A DNA stretch of 63,440 bases, filler included, from Rhabdomonas costata (Eukaryota): NCBI GenBank assembly GCA_019059605.1. It is 51 parts of 51 records of this genome, joined end to end, with 100 filler letters (N's around TTAATTAATTAA, not from the genome) between each part and the next. Parts side by side here need not be neighbours in the genome. Positions count along the whole stretch, not along the records: positions 11,216 to 12,361 come from JAHMHO010026309.1; positions 12,462 to 13,608 come from JAHMHO010026311.1; positions 13,709 to 14,855 come from JAHMHO010026312.1; positions 14,956 to 16,101 come from JAHMHO010026313.1; positions 16,202 to 17,348 come from JAHMHO010026314.1; positions 17,449 to 18,593 come from JAHMHO010026315.1; positions 18,694 to 19,839 come from JAHMHO010026316.1; positions 19,940 to 21,085 come from JAHMHO010026317.1; 43 more parts are not named here. One strand, given 5' to 3'. The notes under the pieces are model-generated. The model ran no database searches, was not told where the DNA came from, and worked only from the letters and a program-made list of their open reading frames with translations. The translations under genes and the position numbers were made by a program. Of the stretch, positions 11,779-23,695 are shown piece by piece (within the stretch, counting starts at the first letter, position 1; each line of letters opens with the position of its first letter).

Positions 11779-13194
11779 GTATGGGCATCTCGCTAATCTT
11801 TCCTCTCATTCTGTAGTATTTGTTGGTTTTTCAGCCGCTACATCAGTCTATTCCTGCTGTCATCCCTTGCACTGGCTCGCCGTTGATGCACCGTACTGAC
11901 CTATGCTGCTGCAGTGCCGTGTGACATCCCGCCTCATTGAGCTTTCAATTGAGATCGAAATTTGGCCAGTTTTCAAGGATGTTTTTAAATTTTCTTAGTT
12001 ATTAGTTTTGTTTCTTTTCAACATGGGATTTGAATGAAACTTCGAATATTCAAATTGAAGTTATTTTGGGATCTTTTTGAGCGAAGGAGCGAGAGAATTG
12101 CAAGTAGAGTGCAGGAGGCGAGTCAACTTTTTTTTTGCAGGTGCTAGCACCTAACGTTTTGAAAACGTTTTTAGCTAAGCCTGCACGCAACCAGCAAGGT
12201 CTTCAGTTCTGTATACAGAAAAACACGGGTTTACTGGGCAAAATAGAAAAGCGATCAGGACTGCCGAGGTGAGCGAGGCTTTTCTCAGTGAGTGCTTCGC
12301 GTAGCTTTTTGCTTTTGCAATACTCTTTACGAAGAACAGGCAGGTCGCCAGGCTGCTGGAANNNNNNNNNNNNNNNNNNNNNNNNNNNNNNNNNNNNNNN
12401 NNNNNTTAATTAATTAANNNNNNNNNNNNNNNNNNNNNNNNNNNNNNNNNNNNNNNNNNNNTGTTTGTGGGAGTTCCCTGGCGATTCTGTCGCGCCCAGT
12501 TATGTCTGGGGGACAACCTTTATCTCTGGGGCACATCCTTTTGCCATCTTGCCCCCGAGGTCTCTGCCTCGTCGCATCTTTTGTCTGCCCTGCAGTCTCT
12601 ATCCTCCCTTTGTCGAATTGTATAGGTGCCCGATTTTTCCGTGTTTCCTGTGTCATTGCTTTTTCTCACTCCCTGCAGCGGTGTACCGTACGTATCGTCG
12701 TCCCCCCGCCTCCCGTTACTTGCCCGTCTTGTGTTCTCACTGGTGATGACGGGCTCGCGTGAATACTCAAGTGCCGTTGGTTTGCATTGCGCTTTCACTT
12801 CTGGCCTTTTTGCCTTCAACGGCGGAGTGGCAATATTTTTCTGGCAGTAATTTCTCTGAATTTTGCCATAAAGTGCTGGTTGATGGGTGATGCTCACCTC
12901 CTTCGGGTGGGCACGCATTGGTTCATTTGTTCGAAACGCCTTATGCAGCTCCGGGACAGGGAAACATGTTATGGTGGCACTTTTGCATGGATGGAAATTT
13001 CATTAAACCCCTTATTGTAAATCCCGGAGCCACTTCACCGAAAGCAGCTGAACCTAACTGAGCGTTTGTATCGGTTTGTGTTGATCTCGGCTGAGTTTTG
13101 CGGTGGGAGTCCAACAAAGGCCTTCTCATATAAGAACAGATCTTATGGATGACTTATGAGCATTTGTGCTTTTATTGAGTCGTCTGCTTTTCAG

Positions 13195-13385
13195 CCCGTC
13201 GCACTTGCCCAGTCCCACCAGACTAACCCCTCCCAATGCCAAGGGCACCAGAGTGATGAAAGCCTCTCCAGCGCAGGCACGCCGGAGAGCTTCCTCCGCG
13301 GTGGCGGTCACTGCGGTGTGGGGACGTGGGCAGCCTCTGCTGGGGCATAGCCATGCGGTTTGGCACTGCGCCTTCTCTCCCTCTG
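13195..13385 (+). CDS. Exon of a WD40-repeat protein
   Basis: TTTTCAG acceptor and G|GTGTG donor; the exon ends in LLGHSHAVWHCAFSPSG, the start of a WD40 repeat. Confidence 0.65.
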
Positions 13386-14768
13386 GTGTGTTTCTCCTTC
13401 TTGGACCTGTGGACGTTGTAGTTTCTTTGACACAAATCCACAACAGGTATCTGAATGAGAGTGTGAAGACCCTGAAGACAAAGGTATTTCTTTCCTCCTG
13501 ATGATCCCATTGGTTCCATTTTGCACATGTTATCGCGTTTTTCCCGTTCACCCTCCTCTCCAAACATTGACCGATGCCCCTTCCTCCCTGTCCTCCTACT
13601 GCCGCCCANNNNNNNNNNNNNNNNNNNNNNNNNNNNNNNNNNNNNNNNNNNNTTAATTAATTAANNNNNNNNNNNNNNNNNNNNNNNNNNNNNNNNNNNN
13701 NNNNNNNNTCCTTCCCTGCCTTCTTCCCGAGAGGCCAGGGAAGCGAGTGTGAGGTATGGCAAATGGTAAAGAGTGAGAAATTGAGTGGAATTGGATGTAA
13801 AGGTTTATGGGTGTGAGTGGAGGACCAGCGTCCTCATTGCAGTGTTTCCCGCCGCATATGGATTCCCATCCATGGGACACCGTGCAGCGGTGTGGAGTAC
13901 GTGTGTGTTTGCGGCTGGGGAGAAGGGGTGCTGCGGGGCTATCTTGGCTGGTTTGGGAATTCAGACCCGAATCGGGACTTCTGGTTTTCTGTACACTTGC
14001 TCTCTTCTCTCTTTCCTTTTGCTGCTTGCGTTCTTCCGCCTTCCTTGAACCTCTGTATATACGTTGTGTATTTTTCTGAGATGGAGAGATCACGAGAGGT
14101 CAGTGTGTGTGTTTTCGTGGGAGCCTGACCTCTGTTTGTGAAGGGGCATATGCTGCGCCTAGGTCAGTCAGTTTTCGCGCCCTGTATCTTTGATCACCCC
14201 TCTGCCGGCTTTGATGACTGCCCTCTCCCCGACTATCTAAAGCCTTAATCACCCTCGTGATCAATACGGGCCGAGACCAAGGCCATTTTTAGCAGAGGCA
14301 CGCTCTCGGGGGGTGTGTGGACCTGTCCTCATTTTTGGGCCGTGCATGCGTTGCTGGATTCTTGCCCCACTGTGTTGAACGCAAAAAGGTGGTGTCCGTT
14401 TATAAAGATATATATAGACCCCTGTGGTGTTAAACGCACGCCTTCCTCGCACGAACGAACACCGTCAGTGTAGAAGCCGTTGCCATTCACGCACCCCTAA
14501 AACCATTCAACTCGCTGATTCCGACCCTTCCGCTACGGTGATTCTTTCTCTTTTTGTCGGGATACGTCGCGTTAGGTGACTTAAATACATAGAGCCCGCT
14601 ATTCAGGAGTCAAATTATGAAAAATGACTGATCCCGAAATTATTATTCAACAGCTGAAAAACCTTTTTCGATCATCTGAGGGCATTTTAATACAGTTTGA
14701 AGCTGCGTGAGTGTCACTTTCTTACAGCAGTATTGTTTTTTGTTCTTAACTAAAGGTGAATCAAGGGT

Positions 14769-14853
14769 TTGGTTCCGTTTGAAATTATGTTGGGCATTAA
14801 TTCAGGTGCTTTTTTCCTGAATTAATGCCCAACATAATTTCAAACGGAACCAA
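14769..14853. repeat. Terminal fold-back inverted repeat (38-bp arms), probable amplification chimera
   Basis: 14769-14806 is the exact reverse complement of 14816-14853, at the contig end. Confidence 0.85.
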
Positions 14854-15452
14854 CCNNNNNNNNNNNNNNNNNNNNNNNNNNNNNNNNNNNNNNNNNNNNT
14901 TAATTAATTAANNNNNNNNNNNNNNNNNNNNNNNNNNNNNNNNNNNNNNNNNNNNGGGTGGTTGGTTCATTCGGGGCTTGCAAGGCGAAAGTGAACATCC
15001 TTGTTCCCAACCTCTGAAAGGGGAGGAGGGGGAGGAACGCAGGAATTCCGTTTCATTGGTTTTTATGTGTCTTTCGATTCGTGAAAATGCAAGTACAAAT
15101 CGTCGAAGAACACTGAAAGAGATGCAGGTTAATACATAAGCGTGTAGAAGAAACGTCAGCTGAGTAGCTCAATTGTCCTTTGCTAGCGCACAATGCACAG
15201 ACCAAAACCGCTGTGCAGTTATGCTGTGATCGGGAGACACTCTAATTTCTTGTTTGTGCGAAGATATGGCTGGAAATAGTGGGGGCGATGCGTGCCTTAA
15301 CAGACTCTATTTGCCCCTGATTCTGCGCTCACTGCGCGTTTGTCCGCGCATTTTATGAAAGAGGTGCAGCTTGAGGCATTGTGGAAGTGGGATGGTGGAT
15401 AGGAATGCCTGTCTTGTCCATCTCCGTCCCCCAAGTTCCGCTTACCTTGCAG

Positions 15453-15620
15453 GATCCCAGCTTTGTGGTGCACCAGGCGGACATTGTGGGGATGCTCTTC
15501 GACGCCTTGGCGGGGGCTGTGGGGCCGCCCGCGCTGGCTGAGAGGGTGCTGCGCAGCGCGTGGGTGGGCGCCGTGGTGGGCACGGCAGTGGAGCTGCTTC
15601 CGGGCTGTTCGCACCCCAAA
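15453..15620 (+). CDS. Internal exon of a hypothetical alpha-helical protein
   Basis: TTGCAG acceptor, GTGACC donor, 56 GC3-rich codons DPSFVVHQADIVGMLFDALAGAVG...ELLPGCSHPK. Confidence 0.55.
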
Positions 15621-16854
15621 GTGACCTGTGCCCTGCTGCTCTTCCTCTCTCGAGTTGTTGGTCTCAGATCCACCCCCCTCCCCCGCCCGCTCCTTTGTTT
15701 CCCTGCTCTTGTTCCTTCTTCTATTGCTATGGACATTTTTATGAAATGAAATAATAAGTTTCTAATGTGACGAATAATGGCAAATACAAAGGAGGAGCTG
15801 GCACGACAAAATCACGAAAACAGATCAATAAAAGCTTATTCTCGAACTGCCGTCTAGATGCAGGAGACTTTGTTCCGAATCAAAGGATTCCAAAATCCGC
15901 ACAAATTCACTAACATCGCCCCCATTCTACTATGCATTGGATGACATAACTATGCATAAATGCTCAGAATCTTGTACTCCAAATCTCTGTGGAAGTGGAA
16001 AAGTTTTTTGCGTTTTGGCACTCCCATCTCACAAAGTACAAAGCACACCAACCTTCTTCCTCAGAACCCCACCACCACCACCCACACACCCGCACAACCA
16101 CNNNNNNNNNNNNNNNNNNNNNNNNNNNNNNNNNNNNNNNNNNNNTTAATTAATTAANNNNNNNNNNNNNNNNNNNNNNNNNNNNNNNNNNNNNNNNNNN
16201 NGTTTTTTGGCAGTACGTGCCTCAAGTTCAAAAAACAAAGCGCTGTTTGTTTCCAAGCTGTACTAGATCCGGCGTTTTGGTAATATGAAGTTGGGTGTCA
16301 CCACATGTCCCTCACACTCAGGTTCCTCATCTGCCTTGCCATTGACGCAGGACTTTTGCCGTACAAAAGCAGTGCTTCGGCGTTTCATGGACGTCATCTA
16401 GCCTTTTGAGGTGTTTGACTTTGGTTAATCAGTCTTTCCAAGACGTCGTAGTTACTCTTTTGTACACGGATCTGTTGTGGTATTGCTTCCGCTGTCTTTT
16501 GTGAATTTCTAGCATGTCTTTGACCCACACAGTGTTGGATGACTTTCTTCTCGCAGGTTCTGCACTGTACTTGTATTTCAACTTCTCGTATCGTTTTCCA
16601 ATTCCTCCCTGTATAGAGCTTTATCCAAAAATACTTCAAAACTCCTCCTTCTTGCTTGACTGAAAAATCAACACTCTATGGAAAAAACTCTTTGCAAGTA
16701 CTCTTGGTCTCATTGTAGCTGGTTGGATTCATCCACATTCCAACGGTCTTCAGTTTGGCTTTACTTTTTGACAGGACAGTTACACTGTCAGGAAAATTTG
16801 TGATTTGTGACGGTGTTGTTAGTGCGGAATGTCACGGTCTCAACATGATTTAAT

Positions 16855-16896
16855 GTAATCCTTCATTAAATGGCCTGTTGAACCGCAGTAAAAACA
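16855..16896 (-). pseudogene. Degenerate CCHC zinc knuckle in a decayed AT-rich element
   Basis: CFYCGSTGHLMKDY fits CX2CX4HX4C with the last Cys replaced by Tyr (one base change); surrounding frames are interrupted by stops. Confidence 0.4.
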
Positions 16897-17448
16897 CCTC
16901 AGCGCCACGAGATGCACATTGAAATCCAAGGGTAATTGTGCAAACGTGGTTCTCGCTTACAACCTGAAAGTATTTTGTAGTCTACTGTGATCCCGGCGAG
17001 TTCTACATCTGTTCAAAAACCATTTAAAAAAGGTACCTCAAGTGAAAGTTGTGAATAAAAGGACACTTGCTCAAATGTGAACTCAAAATATGAACTGAGA
17101 CAAAAAACGTTTCGCCAACTCTCAGCTTATCAAATCTCAAAAAAATGTACTCAAAGGTGTAGCAACAGAACTTCGTCTTTAAGTAGGCTAAAAACGCGTC
17201 ATATGTTTCAAATGTCTGAGCGTCACACACTGTGCCTCTGACGTATTACATATATGTGAACGCAAGAGTGATTGAAAAGTGGTCGGCAAGACGCAGGTTC
17301 ATCTTTTTATCCTCATTATTCATTGTGCTGCGGGAACTACCACCCACANNNNNNNNNNNNNNNNNNNNNNNNNNNNNNNNNNNNNNNNNNNNTTAATTAA
17401 TTAANNNNNNNNNNNNNNNNNNNNNNNNNNNNNNNNNNNNNNNNNNNN

Positions 17449-17659
17449 TGGTTTGGTGGAGACCTTCCGGTTTTACACCAGCACCATTGATGGTTGCTGG
17501 GGTTCCCTGAAGACCTGGCTAAATGCCCGCGGCGGGGCACAGGACCACCTCTTGTGGGCGAATCTCAAAGAGTTCCAGTGGAGAAACAACCTCTCTGATG
17601 CTACTGACCGCTTTTTGACTCTTCTGGACCTCGTTCGTGCTGGACATTTTCCGTTCTGA
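17449..17659 (+). mobile_element. C-terminus of a second Merlin/ISXO2-like transposase
   Basis: YTSTIDGCWGSLKTWLNARGGAQDHLLWANLKEFQWRNNLSDATDRFLTLL, open to TGA; clearly homologous to 5609-5779 (LK...RGG...L..AN.KEFQWR.N..D..D.F). Confidence 0.85.
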
Positions 17660-18061
17660 CTACTGCTTCTGGTAGGTCCATAGGTGGAGTTATGCCATAC
17701 ATAACTACACTAATTTACTATATACTTACTGTGCAATACAATACAATATTCTATAAAGTCCGCCGAGTACAGTAGTACATCTAGATAAAAATGGGTTCGG
17801 TGTGCTAACAACCGTTCAAAAGGATCGATCATCACACGTTCGAATTGGAATGCCGGGTTTTAAAAATCGTGTGGAATGTCAGGTATTTTTTTTTGGTGGG
17901 ATATGTGGTGGGGAGAGAGACACCCTGCCCCCGAGGTTCCAACCCTGTTTTCTTTTGTTTTGGACAGAGCCCTCTGCCGGAATTCCAGCATCAAAAAGAA
18001 TTCCACGGCGATCCCTAATCCCTCTATTGGTGCCACCGCGGTGGGGAGGGGTGCAGCGCGC

Positions 18062-18369
18062 CTGTGACGATCATGAAGTTAATCGAGTTCAACCACTCGC
18101 ATCGCGGAGCGGTTTCGCGCAGAGCGGGCACCACCGTGACGCTGGAGGTGTCCGTGAAAACATCGTAGCACAGCGAGTCCGCCGCAGTGACCTTTTCCAG
18201 GACGCAGCTGTGCAGGAGCAGCCGCCGTGTGTCGTAGTCCAGACTGTACTCCGTGCGCACGAAAGTCTCCTCGAGGGCTTCGGTGACGGTGTTGACGCTC
18301 AGCCGCAGCACAGAGAGGCTGCGGTAGTCCGCGGGGAGGGCGGTGCCCTGGGACTCAGTGGAATTGCTC
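18062..18369 (-). CDS. Internal exon of a hypothetical protein
   Basis: CCCCCAG acceptor, about 100 GC3-rich codons (DYRSLSVLRLSVNTVTEALEETFVRTEYSLDYDTRRLLLHSC...), probable G|GCGCGC donor. Confidence 0.55.
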
Positions 18370-19404
18370 CTGGGGGAGAAGGTTGCGCAATACATCCGCC
18401 AGCAACGGCTCGGGAAAAAGCAATGCTCCCATGATGAAACCTTATGAATGGAGATGCAGAATTCCCACCTTGCAACGGTTTCTGCTGTGCCATCCCTTTT
18501 GCAGCCATGGACGCACCACATTCGACCAAAACCCAAGGTGCCGCCGCGGAGCTGGGCATGACAACAATGCACTGGAATTCAGACCCCCCCACANNNNNNN
18601 NNNNNNNNNNNNNNNNNNNNNNNNNNNNNNNNNNNNNTTAATTAATTAANNNNNNNNNNNNNNNNNNNNNNNNNNNNNNNNNNNNNNNNNNNNTACAGGG
18701 AAGTGGAATATGAAATGACAGCTTCCAACCTCTGCACACCAGCTTGGAAAACGTGTGTTCTTATCCCAGCAGAGTATGTTTCCTTTTTTGCACCGTGGAC
18801 TCTGCTGCGCAGCCGTCCCACCGGAGGGTGTGAATCGATGTGAATGTGAACGGTTGGATGGCTCAGATTAACCAAATTAAGTTGCTTTCCAAAGGGGGTT
18901 CGGACAAGTGGCCACTGCGGTCCCCAGACTTCCCAGACTTGTCCCTCCGGACTCAATGCTGAAGTGTACCAGAGAGGGCCCCCTCTCTCGCTGCACCACA
19001 ATTTCAAGGCGGTGATACAGGGCTTGTCGCAGGACACTGTGAAGGCTGCAGTAGACAAACTGGCGCTGCGAGGCAGTGGTCCGCACACGGAGACCGTGTT
19101 TGCTGGGGTCTTATGAAACCTTTGGTTTCCTGCCCCTTTTGGCAATTCATTCGATCTTGTCAGCTGTGCATCGTCGGGCCCAAGACCCCACAGGAAAAAA
19201 ATGGCAGCACGCGAAGAATTACACAAAAAAACCCCCACGTTTTAACCCGGGTTTCAACAGTGACGCATAGTTTACGTTTTTTGATGGGACTGTACCAGCA
19301 TCCGTTTGGAGGTGTGCACAGGTGGTGTTTGAACGCTCTTGCGAGGCTACTGTACCCAAGGGACACACAAGCATAATAAAAAGTGCGTGTTTTGCAGAAC
19401 GTAC

Positions 19405-19609
19405 GGAATCAGCTCCACGGGAAGCAGCGCCTCCTTTTTGGCATTTTCCTTCATCGAGCCTGACTGGCAAGTGAGGTCCAGCCACGGAGACAGGCCGAAC
19501 GCTGCCTTGGGCATCGGCAGGCCAAGCTCCTTGATCTTCAGCAGGGTGGCTACCGTGAGCCCACCCCCGGCCGAGTCCCCGCCCATCATTATTCTGCCTG
19601 GCTTGATCC
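19405..19609 (-). CDS. Hormone-sensitive-lipase family alpha/beta hydrolase exon
   Basis: IMMGGDSAGGGLTVATLLKIKELGLPMPKAAFGLSPWLDLT: GDSAG nucleophile elbow and SPWxDL motif; CTGCAG acceptor and GTACGT donor. Confidence 0.9.
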
Positions 19610-19939
19610 CTGCAGGGCAAAAGACTCATTCAAAACAAGGGTGGCACACCCGGTCACCCGGACCCGAACCGAACATGAAAAACCACTGTTAGCGGTAACC
19701 CAAGTCCCACGCCCCTCTCCCCTCTCGGCGCACAGTCCACTTTCATTCTCGTGCTTTGTCTGAAGCCTCTGACCAGGCTCAAAAGACCCGGGTGGTCTCG
19801 GCAACCGGCTCCGCATCTGCGCAGAGCCTCCACCCAACANNNNNNNNNNNNNNNNNNNNNNNNNNNNNNNNNNNNNNNNNNNNTTAATTAATTAANNNNN
19901 NNNNNNNNNNNNNNNNNNNNNNNNNNNNNNNNNNNNNNN

Positions 19940-20656
19940 GCCTGGCTCCGCTCTCCCTCTCGTGGTCTGCCTGGTCTGAATCCGTCTTCGTGATGAGGAG
20001 CCGCTTTGACAGCTGCCGACGATACACCTCTTCAAACAGCTGCTTATCACTGCGCGCAACCCACCCATGGGATTGCAGGAGTTACACGTGTGCCGACGGT
20101 GGCAATTCTATGCACTCTTTCCCCATGAGGGGAATGGGCGTGAATAATGGGTGGTGAAAGAGGTCCGGGTATGTTTTTTTTACTTTGCTCGGCACAACAG
20201 TTCTTGAAGTAGCAGGAGTCAGCACAAAAAAACCAGGAAGAAGAAAAAAAGGGTATTTTCGGCACGTGGGGGGCAGGCGGAGGGTCTGCCCTTCTGTCCG
20301 AGGGTCTGGTTATCTACATCCACATCTGACAACAGTACTCGAGGACTCACCGTGCGAACAACCATTGCCTGTACTCGTCATAAGTCAGGGCTCTCGTTCT
20401 GTTTCCTTTCCGTATTCCCTTTATGCAAACATACACGAAGAAGCTAGCCGCCATAGACGACCACTCAGTTCTTGGTTAACAAGGGTGGGGAAGGGATGCA
20501 GCTTTGGCAACGGCAAGGGGCACCTTATGCGGGAAAAGATACCCATGATGCCGTCCAGCTTCGCCGCAAACTGTTCAGAAGACGGCTGTTCCTTCTTCAG
20601 GAGGACATCGCAAAACGTCGGGAGAATCTCTGACGGCGCACCCACCCAATAAAGCC
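19940..20656 (-). CDS. Cullin, cullin-homology region; 2 exons
   Basis: Exons 20656-20524 (PSEILPTFCDVLLKKEQPSSEQFAAKLDGIMGIFSRI) and 20049-~19940 (SDKQLFEEVYRRQLSKRLL...DHERE) join in frame across a GT-AG intron. Confidence 0.85.
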
Positions 20657-21454
20657 CTGAAAATCACTCTGCCTCTTTTACACTGTAGATATCAAAGAGA
20701 GAGATCCATGAACAAGAATCCGGACCACTATCATTGGATAACGTCTGAACGAATGAACGCTACAACAGTTGCTTCGCTCCTTCAGTTGCCACTCCGGAAT
20801 TCGTCGCCCGACTACGCCATACACTAAACTTGGTGCATGCACGTCACATTTTGAGTCTTATCTGTTGCGATGGTCTCCGCGTTGTTCAATACTCTGACTG
20901 ACGTCAGCATATCCTCTGGAATCACTGCACCCAAAGAGCAGCGGCATGCTGCCGTGAATGGAACACGGAACTTCTCCCTAACAGTTGAGTAGCAGGTCAA
21001 GGCTCAAATTTCATTTTTCCACAAGGTGACCACGGGCCAAATTCAACACAACCCAGTGGTAGCTCCTTTCCCGTCTTGCTGAAGANNNNNNNNNNNNNNN
21101 NNNNNNNNNNNNNNNNNNNNNNNNNNNNNTTAATTAATTAANNNNNNNNNNNNNNNNNNNNNNNNNNNNNNNNNNNNNNNNNNNNTTTTTGTGAATTTCC
21201 CGGCCCCGCAACTTCACGCCCGAAAAAAGCCGGCACCATTTTCTTCTGCTACAGTCGGACAGCCCTTTCTTTTTCTACTTGGCTTGTTCGTCCTCCAGTC
21301 CTCCACGCTCCACGGATAAAGCCACTTTCCGCAATCGCCTTTTGCCTAAGAATGCGGCTTCCCCTAGCTGTTTATCTCACCGAACCCAGGGCACATTCGT
21401 TGTTCCTGCTGTTCCCTATTTTGTACGAGCCTTGCTCGATTTATGCCTCCCCAG

Positions 21455-21763
21455 GTTCTTTCAGGGTCCAAGAAACATAACGCCCAGCTCTGGGACCTTC
21501 ACTCTGGGCAGTGCACAGCGATCCTGGTGGGCCACGCCAAGACCGTGATGCACGCCATTTTTGCCGACCCCCCTGCGGGCCACCGCGTGCTCACTGCCAG
21601 CCGCGACAACACTCTGAAGGTGTGGGACTTGAGGGCAGTAGCCACCCCGCTTGCCACTCTGGCGGGCCACACGGGGGACGTGAACCGTTGCGCGGTATAC
21701 GGGGAGTTTGCCGTGAGCGGCAGCGATGACAAGACTGTTCGCACATGGCTGCTGCCTCCCTGA
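21455..21763 (+). CDS. Terminal exon of a WD40-repeat protein
   Basis: AQLWD...GHAKTV...TASRDNTLKVWD...GHTGDV...SGSDDKTVRTW then TGA; CCCCAG acceptor. Confidence 0.9.
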   Translation, partial: VLSGSKKHNAQLWDLHSGQCTAILVGHAKTVMHAIFADPPAGHRVLTASRDNTLKVWDLRAVATPLATLAGHTGDVNRCAVYGEFAVSGSDDKTVRTWLLPP

Positions 21764-22206
21764 GGAGAGTTGAGGTAAGAGTTAAGGCGGGAATGCCCCG
21801 CAGTAGCGACCTTGTGGTTGTCTTGCTGTTGCGTCGGTGCATCCCATGTATCGCAGTTCCCACAGTTCTTCGGGGCGCGGTAGTATACCGGTTTCCCGTT
21901 GCTCCATACGCCACTTGACTGTCTCGGTGGCTATTTTCCCCCAACGCGATTGCCCCTTTGCGGTTTTCCGAATGGTGGCGCTAGCTGGACGGTCATTGTC
22001 TGGCTCCTGTTGCTCACCTGTCCCTACCTTTGCTCCGCGGATCCTCTGTGCTTTTTCTTTTGCAGCCCCTCCCCCCTCTTGCCCACACCAAGGTTCGGAT
22101 TATATTTCGCTTTGCGCCCCCTTTCTACTGCCTTGCTCATGAGTCTTGGACGAACATCTTCCTGGTTCCAAGGGCTCGAACCCGTCGATGTGCTTTGCTA
22201 CTGTTC

Positions 22207-22328
22207 TTTCGACGGTGTATTATTGTAGGCAGAGACCTTATGCGAGAGAGACGCGTTTTCCTTTCAATAGAATTGGGTCGTAGACTATCTCGCATAAGGT
22301 CTCTGCCTACAATAATACACCGTCGAAA
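22207..22328. repeat. Terminal fold-back inverted repeat (41-bp arms)
   Basis: 22207-22247 is the reverse complement of 22288-22328, at the contig end. Confidence 0.85.
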
Positions 22329-22608
22329 CAACANNNNNNNNNNNNNNNNNNNNNNNNNNNNNNNNNNNNNNNNNNNNTTAATTAATTAANNNNNNNNNNN
22401 NNNNNNNNNNNNNNNNNNNNNNNNNNNNNNNNNGTTGTGGTGGAGGGAGAGGATAAGCCTTTTGCAGTACTGCAGCTAAAAAGACAAAGATTTCATCCCA
22501 AAAGTGCGATTTCACGATAGTCGAGAAATCCAGAGATCTCTGTGCCTGCTTGAACATCGGTCGACAATACACAACGCACCGGCCGCGGTGCGCCTCCGTT
22601 CATTTCAG

Positions 22609-23484
22609 GACAGGCAGGGAAAGACCCCGCTGCACGTTGCCCTTGAGCATAACAATGCCGTCGTCTGGCAGGCCCTCCTCAACGCCGACGCTCGCGTGGA
22701 TCTGCTGGTGCGTGTTTGGACTGTGTCTGCCTCCTGAAGCAGAGCTCTGTGCGTGTGCTTGTGAGAATTGTACAGTTCTTTCTGCGGTCATCTCGCGCTT
22801 CAGACGTCACATCGTCAGCGAACCCGAAGAGCCCGTGAAGAAACCACGTACGTCTTCTTAAGAGGTCATATGACGCAACAGTTGGCGCAATCCACAATGA
22901 AACGGTGCCTCCTCCTGGAAGATGCCAACAAGGAGACCGTGTTTCAAAGGAATTTGTACCCTGCCGTGTTGAAAACTTCAAAGCCAACTGCTTCTCACCA
23001 ATTTACAGGCGCCCTCGTGTGCATGTGTTTGCGCGGCCGCATAACAGCACAGCCCCAAGCACCCAGGCAGAGGATTCAGATAGCTTCCCTTTCTTGCTGT
23101 GTTTTGACGTTGGCCAGAGCAAGCGAGCATACGCCTCTGTCGTACACTGTCGTAACCCCCCTACATCTGCTGCAGTACCGCTTTCAGCTCGGGGAGCTGT
23201 GATCTGCCGCCCATCCTCTTCCATGGTCCCTGCAAATTGCTTAACTAGCCTCTGCGTCTTCGCAGGATGCTTCCGGGCAGGTGCCTTTGACCGTGGCCCT
23301 GGCTGCCCACAACGACCGCGCCTGTGCTGTGCTGGCCGAGCCCACCTTCGCATGCAAGGCCATGCTCCCGAACCACATCCTTGACACCGTCACGGGTACG
23401 ACTCTGCTGCACGTGGCTGCGAAGCAGAACATGCTGGAGCTCATCATCGCCTTATTCAACAGCGGCGCCGAAGTCAATGCCAAA
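22609..23484 (+). CDS. Ankyrin-repeat protein; 2 exons
   Basis: Exons 22609-22707 (DRQGKTPLHVALEHNNAVVWQALLNADARVDLL, 33 codons) and 23266-23484 (...GTTLLHVAAKQNMLELIIALFNSGAEVNAK); GT-AG intron in phase 0. Confidence 0.9.
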
Positions 23485-23503
23485 GTTTGTTTAGCTTTAC
23501 AAC

Positions 23504-23575
23504 TTGGTGGACAAAGCTATGTTAGCAAGCCAAAGGGGGGAAGGCCTGGCTTGCTAACATAGCTTTGTCCACCAA
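23504..23575. repeat. Terminal fold-back inverted repeat (29-bp arms)
   Basis: 23504-23532 is the reverse complement of 23547-23575, at the contig end. Confidence 0.85.
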
Positions 23576-23678
23576 CCCNNNNNNNNNNNNNNNNNNNNNN
23601 NNNNNNNNNNNNNNNNNNNNNNTTAATTAATTAANNNNNNNNNNNNNNNNNNNNNNNNNNNNNNNNNNNNNNNNNNNN

Positions 23679-23695
23679 GTGGTGGGTGTGTTTGG
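23679..23695 (+). other. Amplification primer/adapter remnant GTGGTGGGTGTGTTTGG
   Basis: The same 17-mer starts contigs at 23679 and 38629, and its reverse complement ends a contig at 39758-39774. It resembles G/T-only universal WGA/WTA primers ending TGGGTGTGTTTGG. Confidence 0.75.

Noticed and set aside
18698-18775. tRNA-derived SINE head (weak A-box and B-box-like words)
   Set aside because: The boxes are degenerate, with no stems and no second copy in the window.
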